A DNA stretch of 63,436 nt, counting the filler, from Hyphochytrium catenoides (lineage: Eukaryota > Protista > Hyphochytriomycota): the NCBI GenBank assembly GCA_900088475.1. It is 9 parts of 9 records of this genome, joined end to end, with 100 filler letters (N's around TTAATTAATTAA, not from the genome) between each part and the next. Parts side by side here need not be neighbours in the genome. Positions count along the whole stretch, not along the records: positions 1 to 12,602 come from FLMG01000491.1; 8 more parts are not named here. The stretch is one strand, 5' to 3'. The notes under the pieces were generated by a model. The model was given only the letters and a program-made list of their open reading frames with translations. It was not told where the DNA came from and did no database searches. Numbering within the stretch: the stretch's first letter is position 1; each line of letters starts with the position of its first letter. The position numbers and the translations under genes are program-made. Positions 1-12,702 of the stretch are shown here, piece after piece.

Positions 1-502
1 CTCTCCCTCTCTCTCTCTCACTCACTTTCTCTCTCTCCTCTGCTCTCTCTCTCTCTAGTGGTACTTATCTTCCTCCTCTTTTTTGGGTCCTTTTCTCTCT
101 TCTCTTCTTTTCTCTATCCTTCTCTCTCTTCTTTCTCTCTCTTTCGCTCAGCCAGTGTCTTCTTCTCTCGTCACGGTTAGAAGAGCTCCATGCACCCTTC
201 CTGTCGTAATAATCCTGTGGCAAGGCTTGAAGTTGAAGGACGGGCAAGACGTGTACACAAGAGAAGATCCGAAAACGAGAGAGAGAGACAAAGAGAGAGA
301 GAGACGGGAGGGAGGCGAGAGAGAGAGAGAGAGATCACAACCTCAATAGCCAAAAGAAGAACAAAGAGGGATCTTGCGGCAAGACTGATCGGTAAGAGAG
401 CCAGTAAGGGAAGACATAAAGGTATGCACAAAAGGAAGGGAGACGATAGACAGAAGGATAGAAAGATGAGACGGAGAGGAAGAGAGAGAGAGAAAAAGAG
501 AA

Positions 503-551
<49 letters not shown>

Positions 552-1015
552 CACGCAGTCTTGTTGTCAACAAACTGTCTTTTGCTCGTGTCATAATGTC
601 CCAACCTCAAGGGCAACAAACCCAGGAGACATTTGGAAAAGGGGCAACCTAAGATCAATGGCTTCAAAGAAGGAGAGAGAGATATAGGCGAAGAGGGTGA
701 AGAACTGCAGGACGGGAGAGAAGAGACAGAGCGAGTAAAGAGAGCAAAAGGGCGGGGGAAAATGAAGGATTGGCGTCCTTGAGTTCTTGCCTTACGATCA
801 GCTGAGTGGCAGTCGTCATGATCTTCAGGAGCCGCTTCAAAAAGGTTCTCTCTCTCTCTCTNNNNNNNNNNNNNNNNNNNNNNNNNNNNCTCTCTCTCTC
901 TCTCTCTCCCATTCCTATCCTTACCTCCTATGTTCCCAACCTCATCTATGTCTCTTCCTTGTTACCAGTTCCCTCTCTCTCTCTCTGTCCGCCCCCTTCC
1001 TCTTTCGCTTCCGAA

Positions 1016-1047
<32 letters not shown>

Positions 1048-1434
1048 TTTCTCTCTCTCTCTCTCTATTCTGGGCCCCTCCTCGCCGTTTCAGTAACTCC
1101 GTTCCCCCTTATTAGGCGGTTGTTAGTGAGATCATAGGTTTTGTGAGTTGCGCCTTGAGGTATCCTACTGTTCAAGGCGTTTAGGGAAGGCGTGCCAACC
1201 CTCAAAATGTGTCATTCTAGCTTCCACCATTTCTAGGGAACCTTTTATTCTTTTTGGGAAAAGTAACAGTGGTGAAAGCCTATGAATTAATGCACAGCGA
1301 GAATTTTAGTTCAGCTTATGGTTGGTCGTGAAAAGAGATACGTTTAGAAAGGCTGTCAGAGGCAAGAGACAGAGACAGAGAAAAGCAGGAAGAGGTGAAG
1401 GGCAAGTGCAAAGCCACATGGTGGTATCACTTTA

Positions 1435-1479
<45 letters not shown>

Positions 1480-2326
1480 GTCTCTCTCTTTCGCTCTCCG
1501 TGTCTCTTTCTGTGTCTTCTGTCGCTCTGTCTCTCGCTCTGTCTCTCTCTCTCTCTTCAACAGTCCCTCTCTTCTTCTTGTTCTCCTCTTCCTCTTTCTC
1601 TTACTTCTCGTCCTTTGACTTTTTGCCCTTCTTCTTTGTATCCTCCTTCTTCTTCTATTAATTGTCTTCTCCTCCTTCACTCATCTACTTGTTTCTTCTT
1701 CTTCTTCTTTATTTTCTTCTTTGTTGTTCTTCAGTTCTCTGCTACTGATGCGGCTTCTTTCCCGTTCTTATTCTTCTTTCTTCCGCTGCTTCTTTTTATC
1801 TTCTTTGTTTCTTCTTTCTCTTTTGCTTCTTTTTCTTACTTCTCTTTCTTCTTCTTCTTTTCCTTGGCTTCCGCACCAACCCGATCTTTTACACGGCCGG
1901 AAAAAGATCTTTGAAGAGAGGACGAGATAAAAAAGTCTGACACATAATAATGAAAGCACTAGCTGTGGAGGAGGAGAGAGAGAGTTCTTCCTCATCCAGT
2001 TCCCTGCGTATTGCTCTCTCTTCGCTACTGTCCTTGAGAGAAGAATAGATAGAAGAACGTACTCCTAGTAGGACGAGAAATGTATATAACGGAAACTTGA
2101 CCTTAACCTATAAACAGAAAGGAAAACAAGAGAAAGAAGAAGTGTGCGTCTTGCTAGCCTTTCTTCTATATTTACCTGATTACTTAGCCATAGGATGAGA
2201 AACGATAAGCAATGCATGGGACACACCATAAGGACTAGGAATCAGCCGTCGAGCTTATTAGCCAAGCGCAGGAATGATAGNNNNNNNNNNNNNNNNNNNN
2301 NNNNNNNNNNNNNNNNNNNNNNNNNN

Positions 2327-2359
<33 letters not shown>

Positions 2360-2956
2360 TTTGCCTCTCTCTCTCGTCTTCTCCTTTGCCTCTCTCTCTG
2401 CTGCTTTTAAGAGATAGTTTTACGGTCTTCATTCTCTACTAGTCTCTCCTATGTCTTTCTCTCTTCATTCTTCTGGTAGGTTGCCTTGGTGTTGAGTAGC
2501 AAAGATCTCTAACTTCTTATGCATTTCATTGAAAAGCCTTCTCTCTCTTTGAAAAGTTGTATCGAATTCGTGCAAAAGTCTTCCGCCGCTGTGTCATTAT
2601 CTGCACGATGGAGGCCTGACCATCAGCCAAGCTTGCAAGTCAATGCTGACCAAGTTTACTCGCCGTCCCTCTTTAGTTTTCTAGAGGTAAACAGAGAGAC
2701 GGACGACAAAGATTGAGGAAGTTTAAAGGTAGGAGAGCAAAGAGTGGAGAAAAGAATCGCGGAGAAGAAGGAGGAAGGCAGACGACTGTAAGGATAGCTC
2801 GACAATAAGGTCTAGCTTTTCTGCTTTATTATCCTGCAAGTCTCCCCTTCATAGAGTCCTACAGCTTGGAGACGCTAAGTGTTATATGTGTATACTCCAT
2901 GTACTAGTACCATATACTCTTCTCAACGACAAGCTCTCGCTTCATCTCTTAGAGTA

Positions 2957-3780
2957 AGCGCTTGGGCCAGGAGGTGAATAGTAGGAGAAGGCGTGGGCGA
3001 GCGCCGCGGCCTCTCTAGAGAGGAAGCCGAACGAGAGTGGATAGTTCGAATCTCCTGGGCCAACAATTGGCTATCCGCATAGCGCTTACTAGGAAAAAAA
3101 GGCGGGTCTCATCTCTAGTTCTATCCCTTCTTCTCTTCTTCTCCCTCTTCTTTCGCTTCCGTGGCGCTCCTCCCTGAGATCGATTCGCTTTTGCTAACAG
3201 TGCTAATAAGTCAATAAAGTCTGATCTAAGAGAAAAGTCCTGAGAATTGCTTCCTCTGCGAAGCTTTGTCAAGAGTTGAGGCCTGGCCAGCCGAAGCGAA
3301 GACTTATCTGAACCCATTGACTCACTCTTTCTGTACATTACATGGTAGCTGATAAGCTCAGCTGCGACCATGTAATGTAAGAGACCAATGATGAGTCTTG
3401 AGGGAGAGGGAGAAGGTCCTTGTCTGTACCTTGGCTGGTCAGACCTCAGCCCGGACAAGCACCACGCAGAGGAAGACTTCGGGGAACGCGCGCCAGTAAC
3501 AAAAGTGTCTTCTTCTTCAGAAGAGAGAAGTTTATTGACTGCAGTACCGTTAGCAAAAGCGAATCCATCTCAGGGAGGAGCACAGAGTGAAAGGGGGAGA
3601 AGAGAAGAAGGGATAGAACCAGGAGATGATGAGAGCAGTCTCCATAGTAGGAAGGGCTACGCTGATAGCCAATCGTTGGCCCAGCAGGAGACTCGGACTA
3701 CCCATCTCGCGGCTAGTTCCTAAAGGGGCCGCGGCGCTTCTGTCCTCGCCTTCTTCCATCCACCTCATGGCTCAAGCGTC
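2957..3780. repeat. Diverged inverted repeat; arms about 2957-3220 and about 3530-3780
   Basis: The reverse complement of the left arm shares collinear blocks with the right arm, e.g. GTTAGCAAAAGCGAATC-ATCTCAGGGAGGAGC, AGAAGAAGGGATAGAAC, GATAGCCAAT-GTTGGCCCAG and GGCCGCGGCGCT. Confidence 0.8.
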
Positions 3781-3938
3781 GACCCAATGCAGAAAAAAGA
3801 GAGCCCCCACAAGGGAGGAGAAGGGCGAGACTATCTGAGTCTGAATCTATGTCCAAAGATCTTGAAGAGGGGAGGGGAAGAGAGAAAAAGACAGAGCGAG
3901 AGGGAGAGGGAGAGAGGAAAGGGGAGAGAGGGAAGAGC

Positions 3939-3990
<52 letters not shown>

Positions 3991-5117
3991 GATGAGGTAG
4001 ATGAAAGGAAGGAAGAAGGTACAACAACTAGAGAACAGAAGACTTAGAGAAGACGGTGATAAACGTATCAGAAGAACAACGAATGAAGCAAGACGAAAAA
4101 GAGTGACATTGCAAGCGGTGTCCCAGAGTGCGAGGATGCGAGGATTGCGGTAGGAAAGAGGACTACTTTTCTCAATTTTTCTCTTCTCATTTCTATTCAA
4201 GGTGTCTTCTCTCGTTCTATTCTCTCCTACTTTCTCATCTCACCACCGCTATTTATGCTTGTTCGCTCTGTCTTTGCTGTGAAAGTCTCTCTCGCAAGCG
4301 TCTCTTGTCTCTTCCTCTCTCCCTTTCTCTCCTTCTCTAAAGAGAGTATTCACAAGTGCAACTCAGCCAGAGCACTGCCCCGCAGAAAGAAGTCGGGAGA
4401 GAAGAAGTCGATCCAGAAAGTTTTATTCTCTCCTCTCCTGAGCCCGCGCTGCTGGCGGAATAAAATCCTAGACCTCCACAAACTTAGGCTCATGAGCTTA
4501 GACTTACAGAGAGGAGGAAAGACCGAGGATTGCCCTCTGACATAACAAAGGTGAAAAGAAATAGTGTACCGTAGTTCTAGACAAGTGATGGGGAGAAGAG
4601 AAGAGAAAGAGAGAAAAGACCTGCCACCTCCTCTTCTCTCCCGTTTTCTCTCCCCTTTTCTCTCCCCCTGTCTCCTGCTATCTTCCGAGCTAAAGTTGAG
4701 GTCTAAAGTGGGGGATTCTCCGTAAGCAAGTACAAGTACCACGGACGTTGCGCTCTATTTGCTACTTATAACTTCTATAGTCGACAAGTACTGTTTTACT
4801 TAATGTTACCGGTAGTAGGATGGTCATCCTCATCGCGCACCCAGTTCTATTACAAGTATAAATTCTAATGGTCCTTCAACTGTACGTAGTTCGTGTACTT
4901 GTAATTGGTTGTATATCATCCTCCTGATGACTACTTGTAAGGCATTAGATAAAAGACAGGGCAAGCTCATCTTCCGCTTTTAGTTGTACATGGAAAGGTA
5001 CTTGAATATTAGTCGGCATGTCGATCGTGCCACTACTTGTCAGAGCTGATGAGCGCCTCTCCAGGTGCACTGTCGTTATAGCCTGCGGTCTTATTAGTCT
5101 AAGTATTGTACTTGTAG

Positions 5118-5203
5118 AGGTGTTAGGGCTACTTGTGCAAGGAGTCACGCCCACTGTCCGAGGTGTTAGGGCTACTTGTGCAAGGAGTCACGCCCACTGT
5201 CCG
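5118..5203. repeat. Perfect 43-bp tandem duplication
   Basis: AGGTGTTAGGGCTACTTGTGCAAGGAGTCACGCCCACTGTCCG x2. Confidence 0.9.
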
Positions 5204-6890
5204 ATGATAACAATGTGTGACACGTTTTGACGGTCTTGACTCAATGATACAAGCAGCAGTGTAATGAGACATAACAAGACGTAGAGCTACTTGTACGACA
5301 CACGTGGGCGCACTGTAACCCGCTCAAGGGTAGCATCGAGCATTAATTAATGTGTGCCTTGTGGGACATTGCGGGCATCGCTAGTGCTCTAGAAGACGGC
5401 GGCGTTCATGTACCTCTGAGAAATTTTCCTCCTCAAGGTCTTGGTCACCTGATGTAGTCCGACGTGGTCCAAGGAAACCAGGGAAACAGACAGTAGTGGA
5501 CACTTTCTTATCGTCCTCCTCACTGCTCTCACAGTCACACCATCTCACAGAGATTGTGCTTCTGATCCCCATCAACTATATGAGGGCGTTCGTCTTAGGA
5601 CTCTATGATGCGTGGCTTGTGGTGGAGGTACGATGAGCATTGGCTATTTATAAACAACGGAGGTATCACTCCTTTTTACTTCGAGGCGAGGATCAGTGAG
5701 CTACGTGCCATATCTATGACTTTCTGGTTTGGACAAAGATCCAATATGGGTTGGCTCTAGCTCTTAGGCTACCTGTAGAGACCACATTTGACTTCATAGA
5801 GAAGAGAAGATCCACAAATAAGACTAGGAAGAGATGGAGACTTGCCATTTTGACGACGACTACTGCAAAACGGTAACTAAACTATGGCAAATTATTCTCT
5901 CCTCCTGGTTCAGGAATTCCTTTACTGCGAGGTAAGTATTCTACTTATCAAAGCTAACTTATATAAGTATAGCTTTAGAAAGAAGAGTGCTAGAAGTACG
6001 CTAAATAAAGCGTCTATAAGTACAAATACGACTATCATCATAGAGACGTCCAATACTTATGTACTGCAGAACAGTAATTTTTGCGAGGAGGAGGTGGCTG
6101 CGAGACAGAGTGCGCCTAAGTCTATAGATGCCGTTTGTAAACAGGATGTAGGAACTACCCAGATCTAAGATGACTCTGAAGAAGAGAATGAATAAGGAAG
6201 AGCAGATCTGCTCTGCGAAACATAGCGATTTTCCTCCATAGTTAATGCCTTCGTTATCATGGAGTTAGGCTACGTAGTATCTAAGGACGGTGAGCACTCC
6301 TCGGGTCCAGGATCTCTTAGACTTCTTCCAGGAAGACCGAAGACCCACTGAGCAGAGGGAGGGCCAGGGACGAGACATTAACATATGTCTAAGATCTAGT
6401 TCTACCATAAGTCGCAAGGAGAAGTGGTGAACGACAGACATTCAGAGGAAAAAAGAGAAAGAGAGCGAGAGAGAGAGCAGTGGAAAAGAGAGTAAAGCGA
6501 GGGGCGACCACAAGCCCTTACATTTGGACTAAGACCGAGGCGTCTCCCCTGACTAAGAGAAGCAGCCGGCGACGAGATCCCTTCCCAACCATAGACACAG
6601 AGCAGAGAAGGGCGGCTGGCGCAAAGGTGGGCTGACAGGAGTCCAATTGCCCGAACAGGCAGCTTCTCTCGCGAAATCCTTCCGCACTGGACCGAATGTT
6701 CAAAACCTGTCCTTCCCAGAATAGTACTCTTCCATTGCTCCTGACTACAGTGATCACGAAAACAAGCAGGATCCAAAAAGTAGGTAAGCTTCTGCGCTCT
6801 GCTTGAAGTAGCACTCTCTCTTTCTCTTTATCTGTCTCTCTTCTCTCTCTCTCCCTCCTTCCCCCTCTATAACAGATTTACAACTCTCTC

Positions 6891-6921
<31 letters not shown>

Positions 6922-7759
6922 CTCTTTCTCTCTCTCTCTTCCAAAGAAGGATAATAACCGTCTATAAAAAAGTGAGGAAAATCGACTGATCCTTGCGGAT
7001 CCTGACACACTCCTCCGCCCCGCATCACAACGAGAAAGAGGGTTGACCTTTGGGGCCAATGTGGGTGCAGCCGGAGAGAAAGAGAGAGCAAAAAGGTCAG
7101 AAAAGTAGGTCCCTCCTCCGTCTCCCTTCCTCACTCTCGAGGGCGAGGTTAAGAGAAAGTGAAGAACAAAGAGAGGAGAGAGATGGTCATCTCACTCACC
7201 ACGATCTCTCTGTAGGTTGCTTCTTCCTGTCTCTGCCAGCAAGTGGCAGGCTTATTATCAGCTGTCAAGCGATCTTACTCTCACTTTTTCTCTTCCTCCC
7301 TCTGCCCCTCTCTCTCTATTGTAGACTCTCTCTTCCGACAGTCTCACGGCAAAAAGAAAGAAGGATCATCACTTTCTCTTCTGGAGCCTTCCCTTCACCT
7401 CTTTTAGCCCGGATAGAGCTTTGCCGCTATCATCTCATGAAGGTCCTGTAAGGGTAGAATCCAGATATCTCCTTCTTTCTCGCTCTCTCTCCTTCCAGCC
7501 GCCTTCAAAGGCGAGCGGCCCTCTTCTTCACTACCTCTCTCTCTCTGTCTCGACCTTCTGTCTGACTGAGAGGGAAACTCCCTGTGTCCACGATATGCGG
7601 GGCATCCTTTCTTAAAGAGAGAAAGCACCCAAACAAAGGAGACAGAAGAGAATCTGTCTTTTAGCTTCGAGGGCCATTCTTAACTCGGTCTTCCATCTCT
7701 TTTCTCTTCCTGTTCCCTCTCTCACCTCCTTCCTTCTCTCTCTCTCTCACACTACTGGA

Positions 7760-10534
7760 ATGGCGATTTTTCTACCCTCAAAGAGTAATCTGCGATGGCT
7801 CCTTCTCTTTCTCTCCCTTCTCTCTTTTTCTCTCTTCCTGGCACCCACAGAGTCAGGCAAAGTTGTTCCCCTTCCTCGAGGCAAGAGACACTTGGCAGAG
7901 GCGACAGGGCGAGGAGGAGAGGCTCTAATGGTGGAACTGACGGGGCCTCCGAAGATTCACGGCGGAGAAGAGACATCTCTTCGCTCTCAACAAGAAGCGT
8001 TTCTTAGCAAACTAAAAGAAAGAGGCGTGCACTGTGAGATCAGAGCCACGTTCAGGATGCTGGTCAACGCGATATCGCTCCATATCCTGGATGGCTCCAG
8101 TTCGGCCGGTGCCATTGCTAATATGACCGAGGTCCGGACGGTCTATTATAATTTCCTCATCACCAGCCCAGACCTCCAGCCGATAACTAAGGAGACGCTA
8201 CGAGGTGATCTCTCGAACGATAACTCGTCTTTGACGGAAGTTTATCAGCTGGTCTCTCCTCATAACCGGACGGGCGTTGCAAAAGTGCACTCAGAGCTGG
8301 GCTTGACAGGGAAAGGCATCAAGGTCGGAGTGATAGACACAGGGCTGGACTATAGACATCCAGCCTTTGGAGCCTGTAAGGCTATTGGGACGCCAGGGTG
8401 TCGTGTCGCTTATGGCTGGGACCTCGTAGGGAACGCGTTTGATGCTTCTTCTTCTAACCCAGACCATCAGGTTCCCCGGCCGGGTCCAGATCCCCAGGAC
8501 TGTCGTGGCCATGGGACGCACGTTAGCGGGATTATTGGCGCGCAGGACCGGCGTGGCATGGGCGTGGCCCCGGACGCGGTGCTTGGCGTGTACAAGGTCT
8601 TTGGATGCAGTGGATCCTCTGCCACGGATGTCGTGGTTCAAGCGATGGAGAGAGCGTTTGAAGATGGGATGGACGTGATCAATCTCTCTCTTGCCGACGT
8701 TCCCTCGTGGCCACAAGAGCTAACGGCCGCCACAGCTCAACGGCTTGTAGATAATGGTCGGGTCGTTGTTATTGGAATGGGAAATGCGGGGAGCTTGGGA
8801 CTGTGGCAAACGCCGTCTCCAGCCGTCGCGGACGATGCGTTGGCCGTGGCATCGACAGATAACGACTATCTGCTGCAGATGCCTTTCTTCCAAGTGGTTC
8901 CTGGAGGTGGCATCCGCTACTTCTTCTATAGCCCGCCTTATATGGCCGACAGGATCCAGAATGGACCGCTGCGGATCTCTCCTCATATCCACAAGCGCGA
9001 TGACGGATGCTCGGCCTATCCTGAAGGAAAATTTAAGAACAAGATCGTTCTCGTCCGAAACGGGACCTGTTCCTATCTGACCAAGGCGCTGAATGTTCAG
9101 GAGGCAGGAGCTTCCATGGTTCTCCTCATGTTTTCTGAGACTTCGTCGGAGGCGGAGCTCAAAGATTCTGCTCTGCATATCCCGGTCGGGATCTTAGGTG
9201 AGGCAGTGGCAGAGTCTCTTCTGGCCGTGGTTGGGGACGAAGATACCGACGATCTGGGCCGTTCTCTGCGGTTCTCTCTTGAAGAAGTTGCCCGGCCCAT
9301 TCCCAGCGCAGGGCAGGCTAGCACGTTCTCTAACTGGGGACTGGGGCCGAACCTCTATATCAAGCCTGACATTAGTGCGCCTGGAGGTTACATTCTCTCT
9401 ACTTTTCCTATCTCTCTTGGAAGCTACTCAACGGAGAAAGGGACGTCCATGGCCACGCCATACATCGCTGGCGTGGCAGCTCTCTACTTAGAAGCTGCGC
9501 GGTCCGGGCGGTTCAGCCTTCCACCTGCACCGGCAAGCGGCAAGCTCTTGAAGCAGTACATACAAAATAACGCGGTGCCGGTCAAGCATCCTGAGCTCCC
9601 GCTTCACGAGTCCGTCGGCCGACAAGGAGCCGGTCTTATTAATGCTTATAAGCTCCTAACAGCTCGAACGGTGGTCTCTCCGGCCGTCCTAAGGCTAGGC
9701 TTCGCTCCAACCAAGAACCATACTATCCGGATGTTCCTAAACGTCACCAACTATGGGGACCTGCCGGCGGACTATGAGTTCACTCATGAACCGGCTGTCT
9801 CGGTCGATGTCACGGTCTCTTCTCGACCATCAGCGGGAAATCGGCCGTCCTCGGTCCGGTTTGAGCCGGCTCGGCTTGAGGCTGTAGCCTCTCGTACCAG
9901 TCGTCGTATCTCTGTCTTTATAACCGCGGACCAGAGCTTACCGCAGGACCAGCGATGGCTCTATTCTGGGTACATTCGCGTCGAAGACAGCCGAGGAAAC
10001 AGTCCTCTATATGTGCCCTACGCAGGTATCAAGGGCGATTATAGAGATTATCCTGTCTTTGCTGGTGGAGCAGACGCGCCGTACGTGCGGAGTCTCTCTC
10101 CTGAGAACGGAGGAAAGATCTACAAATCCCCCACAGAAACAGCTCTTTTCACCTTCAACGCTCAGATGCAGGATCTCCCTAGCTTTTATCTATGGATCCT
10201 GCATCCTGCTCGGCTCATCACGTTAGAGCTGTATAACCAACAAGGAGAGCGCCTTGGATACATTGCCTACTGGGAGTTTGTCGGCCCAAGCACGAGAGAG
10301 AGACCAAAAGAGAGAGAAGCGAACTTCCGATCGGCAACGTGGCCGACCTTGGACCGCCGTCCTGCCGTTTATAAGGACGGGACCAGGAAAGAAGTGTTGC
10401 CTGTGAAGGACGGAGAATATGTTGTCCAAGCGGTGGCGCAGAAGGCGCTGGGAAACAAGAAGAAAGACTTTGAGATCTGGACCAGTCCGAAGATTATTAT
10501 CAAGACAGCGACGAGTGCTGCTTTAGAGCCATGA
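7760..10534 (+). CDS. Secreted subtilisin-like serine protease (S8A) with I9-type prodomain, PA insertion and C-terminal Fn3-like region
   Basis: Intronless 924-aa ORF. Hydrophobic N-terminus (WLLLFLSLLSFSLFLA). Catalytic motifs VGVIDTGLDY (Asp), GHGTHVSG (His), GTSMATP (Ser), oxyanion GNAG. PA motif KIVLVRNGTCSYLTKALNVQEAGA. C-terminal LYSGYI..LYVPYAGIKG. Confidence 0.95.
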   Translation: MAIFLPSKSNLRWLLLFLSLLSFSLFLAPTESGKVVPLPRGKRHLAEATGRGGEALMVELTGPPKIHGGEETSLRSQQEAFLSKLKERGVHCEIRATFRMLVNAISLHILDGSSSAGAIANMTEVRTVYYNFLITSPDLQPITKETLRGDLSNDNSSLTEVYQLVSPHNRTGVAKVHSELGLTGKGIKVGVIDTGLDYRHPAFGACKAIGTPGCRVAYGWDLVGNAFDASSSNPDHQVPRPGPDPQDCRGHGTHVSGIIGAQDRRGMGVAPDAVLGVYKVFGCSGSSATDVVVQAMERAFEDGMDVINLSLADVPSWPQELTAATAQRLVDNGRVVVIGMGNAGSLGLWQTPSPAVADDALAVASTDNDYLLQMPFFQVVPGGGIRYFFYSPPYMADRIQNGPLRISPHIHKRDDGCSAYPEGKFKNKIVLVRNGTCSYLTKALNVQEAGASMVLLMFSETSSEAELKDSALHIPVGILGEAVAESLLAVVGDEDTDDLGRSLRFSLEEVARPIPSAGQASTFSNWGLGPNLYIKPDISAPGGYILSTFPISLGSYSTEKGTSMATPYIAGVAALYLEAARSGRFSLPPAPASGKLLKQYIQNNAVPVKHPELPLHESVGRQGAGLINAYKLLTARTVVSPAVLRLGFAPTKNHTIRMFLNVTNYGDLPADYEFTHEPAVSVDVTVSSRPSAGNRPSSVRFEPARLEAVASRTSRRISVFITADQSLPQDQRWLYSGYIRVEDSRGNSPLYVPYAGIKGDYRDYPVFAGGADAPYVRSLSPENGGKIYKSPTETALFTFNAQMQDLPSFYLWILHPARLITLELYNQQGERLGYIAYWEFVGPSTRERPKEREANFRSATWPTLDRRPAVYKDGTRKEVLPVKDGEYVVQAVAQKALGNKKKDFEIWTSPKIIIKTATSAALEP

Positions 10535-11054
10535 GCAATGGGGCTGAGCTACCGACAAGGAGAAACGAGAAAGAAGAGAGACAGAGACCAATTTCTTTCT
10601 TTCTCTCTTTGCTGCTCCTCTTCTTCGTTCGTCTTGATGCTGAGTGAGCGTCTCTGTCTTTCTCTCTCTCTCTCTCCCTCTCTGTCCCCTAAGTGTCTGT
10701 GTCTAAAGAAGGAGAAGAGAGGAGAGCAAACGACTGCTTCCTCTCTCTCTCTCTTTTATCATCTTTGTCTCTTCGCTGTGATGCGAACGTCTACTTTTCT
10801 TTGTTATTTTTCTAGTTATATAATTGATTTCCTCTGCTTCATGCTTCTATTTATTTGGCAATTGCCAAGCCTTCTTGGACTCATTTTTAAATGATCAATT
10901 TATTTTGTCATCAGACTCTAATGAAGAAATGAACAGACTATCAACGGCCTCTCCGTCTCTCTTCTCCATTTATTGATATATAATTTGGTGTTTAATAGAG
11001 ATTTTTTACACTTGCGCAAACAGCTCCGGATCCTGTCAGGACAGAGAGAGAGAG

Positions 11055-11320
11055 AGAGACACGATGAGCATGGAAGAGATAGAGAGGAAGAGACGATGAG
11101 TGCGGAAAAGAAAGAGAAAGAGAGACAATGAGCACGGAAGAGAGAGAGAGGGAGACGATGAGCGCGGAAGAGAGAGAGAGAGACGATGAGCGCAGAAGAG
11201 AGCGAGAGAGAGAGACGATGAGCGCAGAAGAGAGCGAGAGAGAGAGTCAATGAGCGCGGAAGAGAGAGAGAGAGAGACAATGAGCACGGAACACAGACAG
11301 AGAGACGAAGAGCGCGGAAG
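11055..11320. repeat. About 30-bp minisatellite (GAGACGATGAGCGCRGAAGAGA..) x about 8
   Basis: Recurrent ACRATGAGCRCRGAA core separated by GA tracts. Confidence 0.8.
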
Positions 11321-12162
11321 GAGAGGAGAGAGAGAGAGAGAAGTATTCGCAGAGAGAGAGAGAGAGAGATTGGCAGAGAGAGAGAGAGAGAGGAATATTG
11401 ACAGAGAGCGAGAGAGCAGTCCCATAAAATGAAAGAAAGAGAAGGCGAAGGAGGATGACAAGGGTCAAGAGTAGGGAAGAGGGAAAGGTCAAAGGAGAGA
11501 GAGACACAGACGTATAGAGATCAGGCCGAAGAGAAGTGTGCGGGGAAAAGAGAGAGGGGAGATGCACGAGAAAGGAGAAGAAAAGAGAGAACTATGTCCT
11601 TTACCTGAGCACTTTCAATGCCCTTCTGTCGCTCCTGTGTCTCTCTCCTGCTCAACGGCGGAGCGCTCTCTCTTCCCCTCTCTTCTTCTCTCCCTATTCT
11701 GCTGTCTTCCTCTCTCTCTTCTCGCTCTTGTGCTTCTCTCTCTCCTTCTCTCTCTCTCTCCTCTCCTAGGGTCTGTCTAAGTACATCACAGAGGAAGAGA
11801 GAGGAAGGGAGACTCCCTGCATATTGCTTGGGGTCTGTCCAGTCTTCCGACCAGAGAGAAGTGTCCGTGTGCTAGGAGAGACAGAGAGAGAGAGTGAGAA
11901 GGGAGAAAGGGACAGAGAGAGAGAGAGAATCAAATAAAATGGAAACAAAATGAGAGAGAAAAAGAGACAGACAAACAGACAAAGAGAGAGAGACAAAGAG
12001 AGAGAGAGAGTGGTAGAGAGACAGAGACAGAGAAAAAAAGAGAGGACAAAGACAGAGACAGAGAGGAAGAGAGAGGGCGGGAGAGAGACAGACAGACCGA
12101 GAGAGGAGAGAGACAGACAGACAGCGAGACAGAGAGATGCAGAGAGCGAGACAGACAGAGAG

Positions 12163-12207
<45 letters not shown>

Positions 12208-12602
12208 GTGAGAGAGAGAGGGAGAGAGAGAGAAAGAGAGAGTGGGAAAGGAAGAGAGAGGGAGAGAGAGGGAGAGCGAGAGAGAGAGGGGGGAGAGGGA
12301 CAGGAAACACGGAGGGAGCGAGAAGACAAGTAACGAAGAGTAAAGAGAGAGGGACAGGGTAAAGGCTGAAAGCAAAAGACCGAGAGCGGAGGGGAGGGAG
12401 AGGTAGGGCGTTAGAGACCGCGAAGAAAGAATAGAGGAAAAGACAGTGAGGCACCGACACAGACAGAAAGAATAAAGAGAGGTGTTCAGTGCGACCAGAA
12501 AGAAAAGTGATATTCTCTTGAGAGATGAAAACGAGAAGAGGGGCAAGGTAGAGTATTTGATAGAGGCGGAGGGACAGAGAGAGAGAGAGAGAGAGAGAGA
12601 GA

Positions 12603-12702
12603 NNNNNNNNNNNNNNNNNNNNNNNNNNNNNNNNNNNNNNNNNNNNTTAATTAATTAANNNNNNNNNNNNNNNNNNNNNNNNNNNNNNNNNNNNNNNNNN
12701 NN
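12603..12702. other. Artificial contig linker N44-TTAATTAATTAA-N44; also at 22272, 38295, 40674, 53721, 55165, 60635 and 61748
   Basis: Identical 100-nt blocks carrying stops in all six frames. Confidence 0.97.

Noticed and set aside
65-2432. Many ORFs rich in LSLSLS or ERERER
   Set aside because: These are translations of (CT)n/(GA)n microsatellites that lack stops. The same applies at 10.9-12.6, 14.9-16, 20.6-21.4, 22.8-25.5, 29.4-30.4 and 62-63.4 kb.
4740-6400. TA-enriched block suggesting a mutated transposon or RIP
   Set aside because: No identifiable domain and no second copy against which to measure directional mutation.
11055-11320. CRISPR-like periodic repeat
   Set aside because: Spacers are GA tracts rather than unique sequences, repeats are degenerate, the context is eukaryotic and no cas genes are present.
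12647-12658. Recurrent TTAATTAATTAA palindrome
   Set aside because: Always centred in N runs; it is an artificial six-frame-stop linker.
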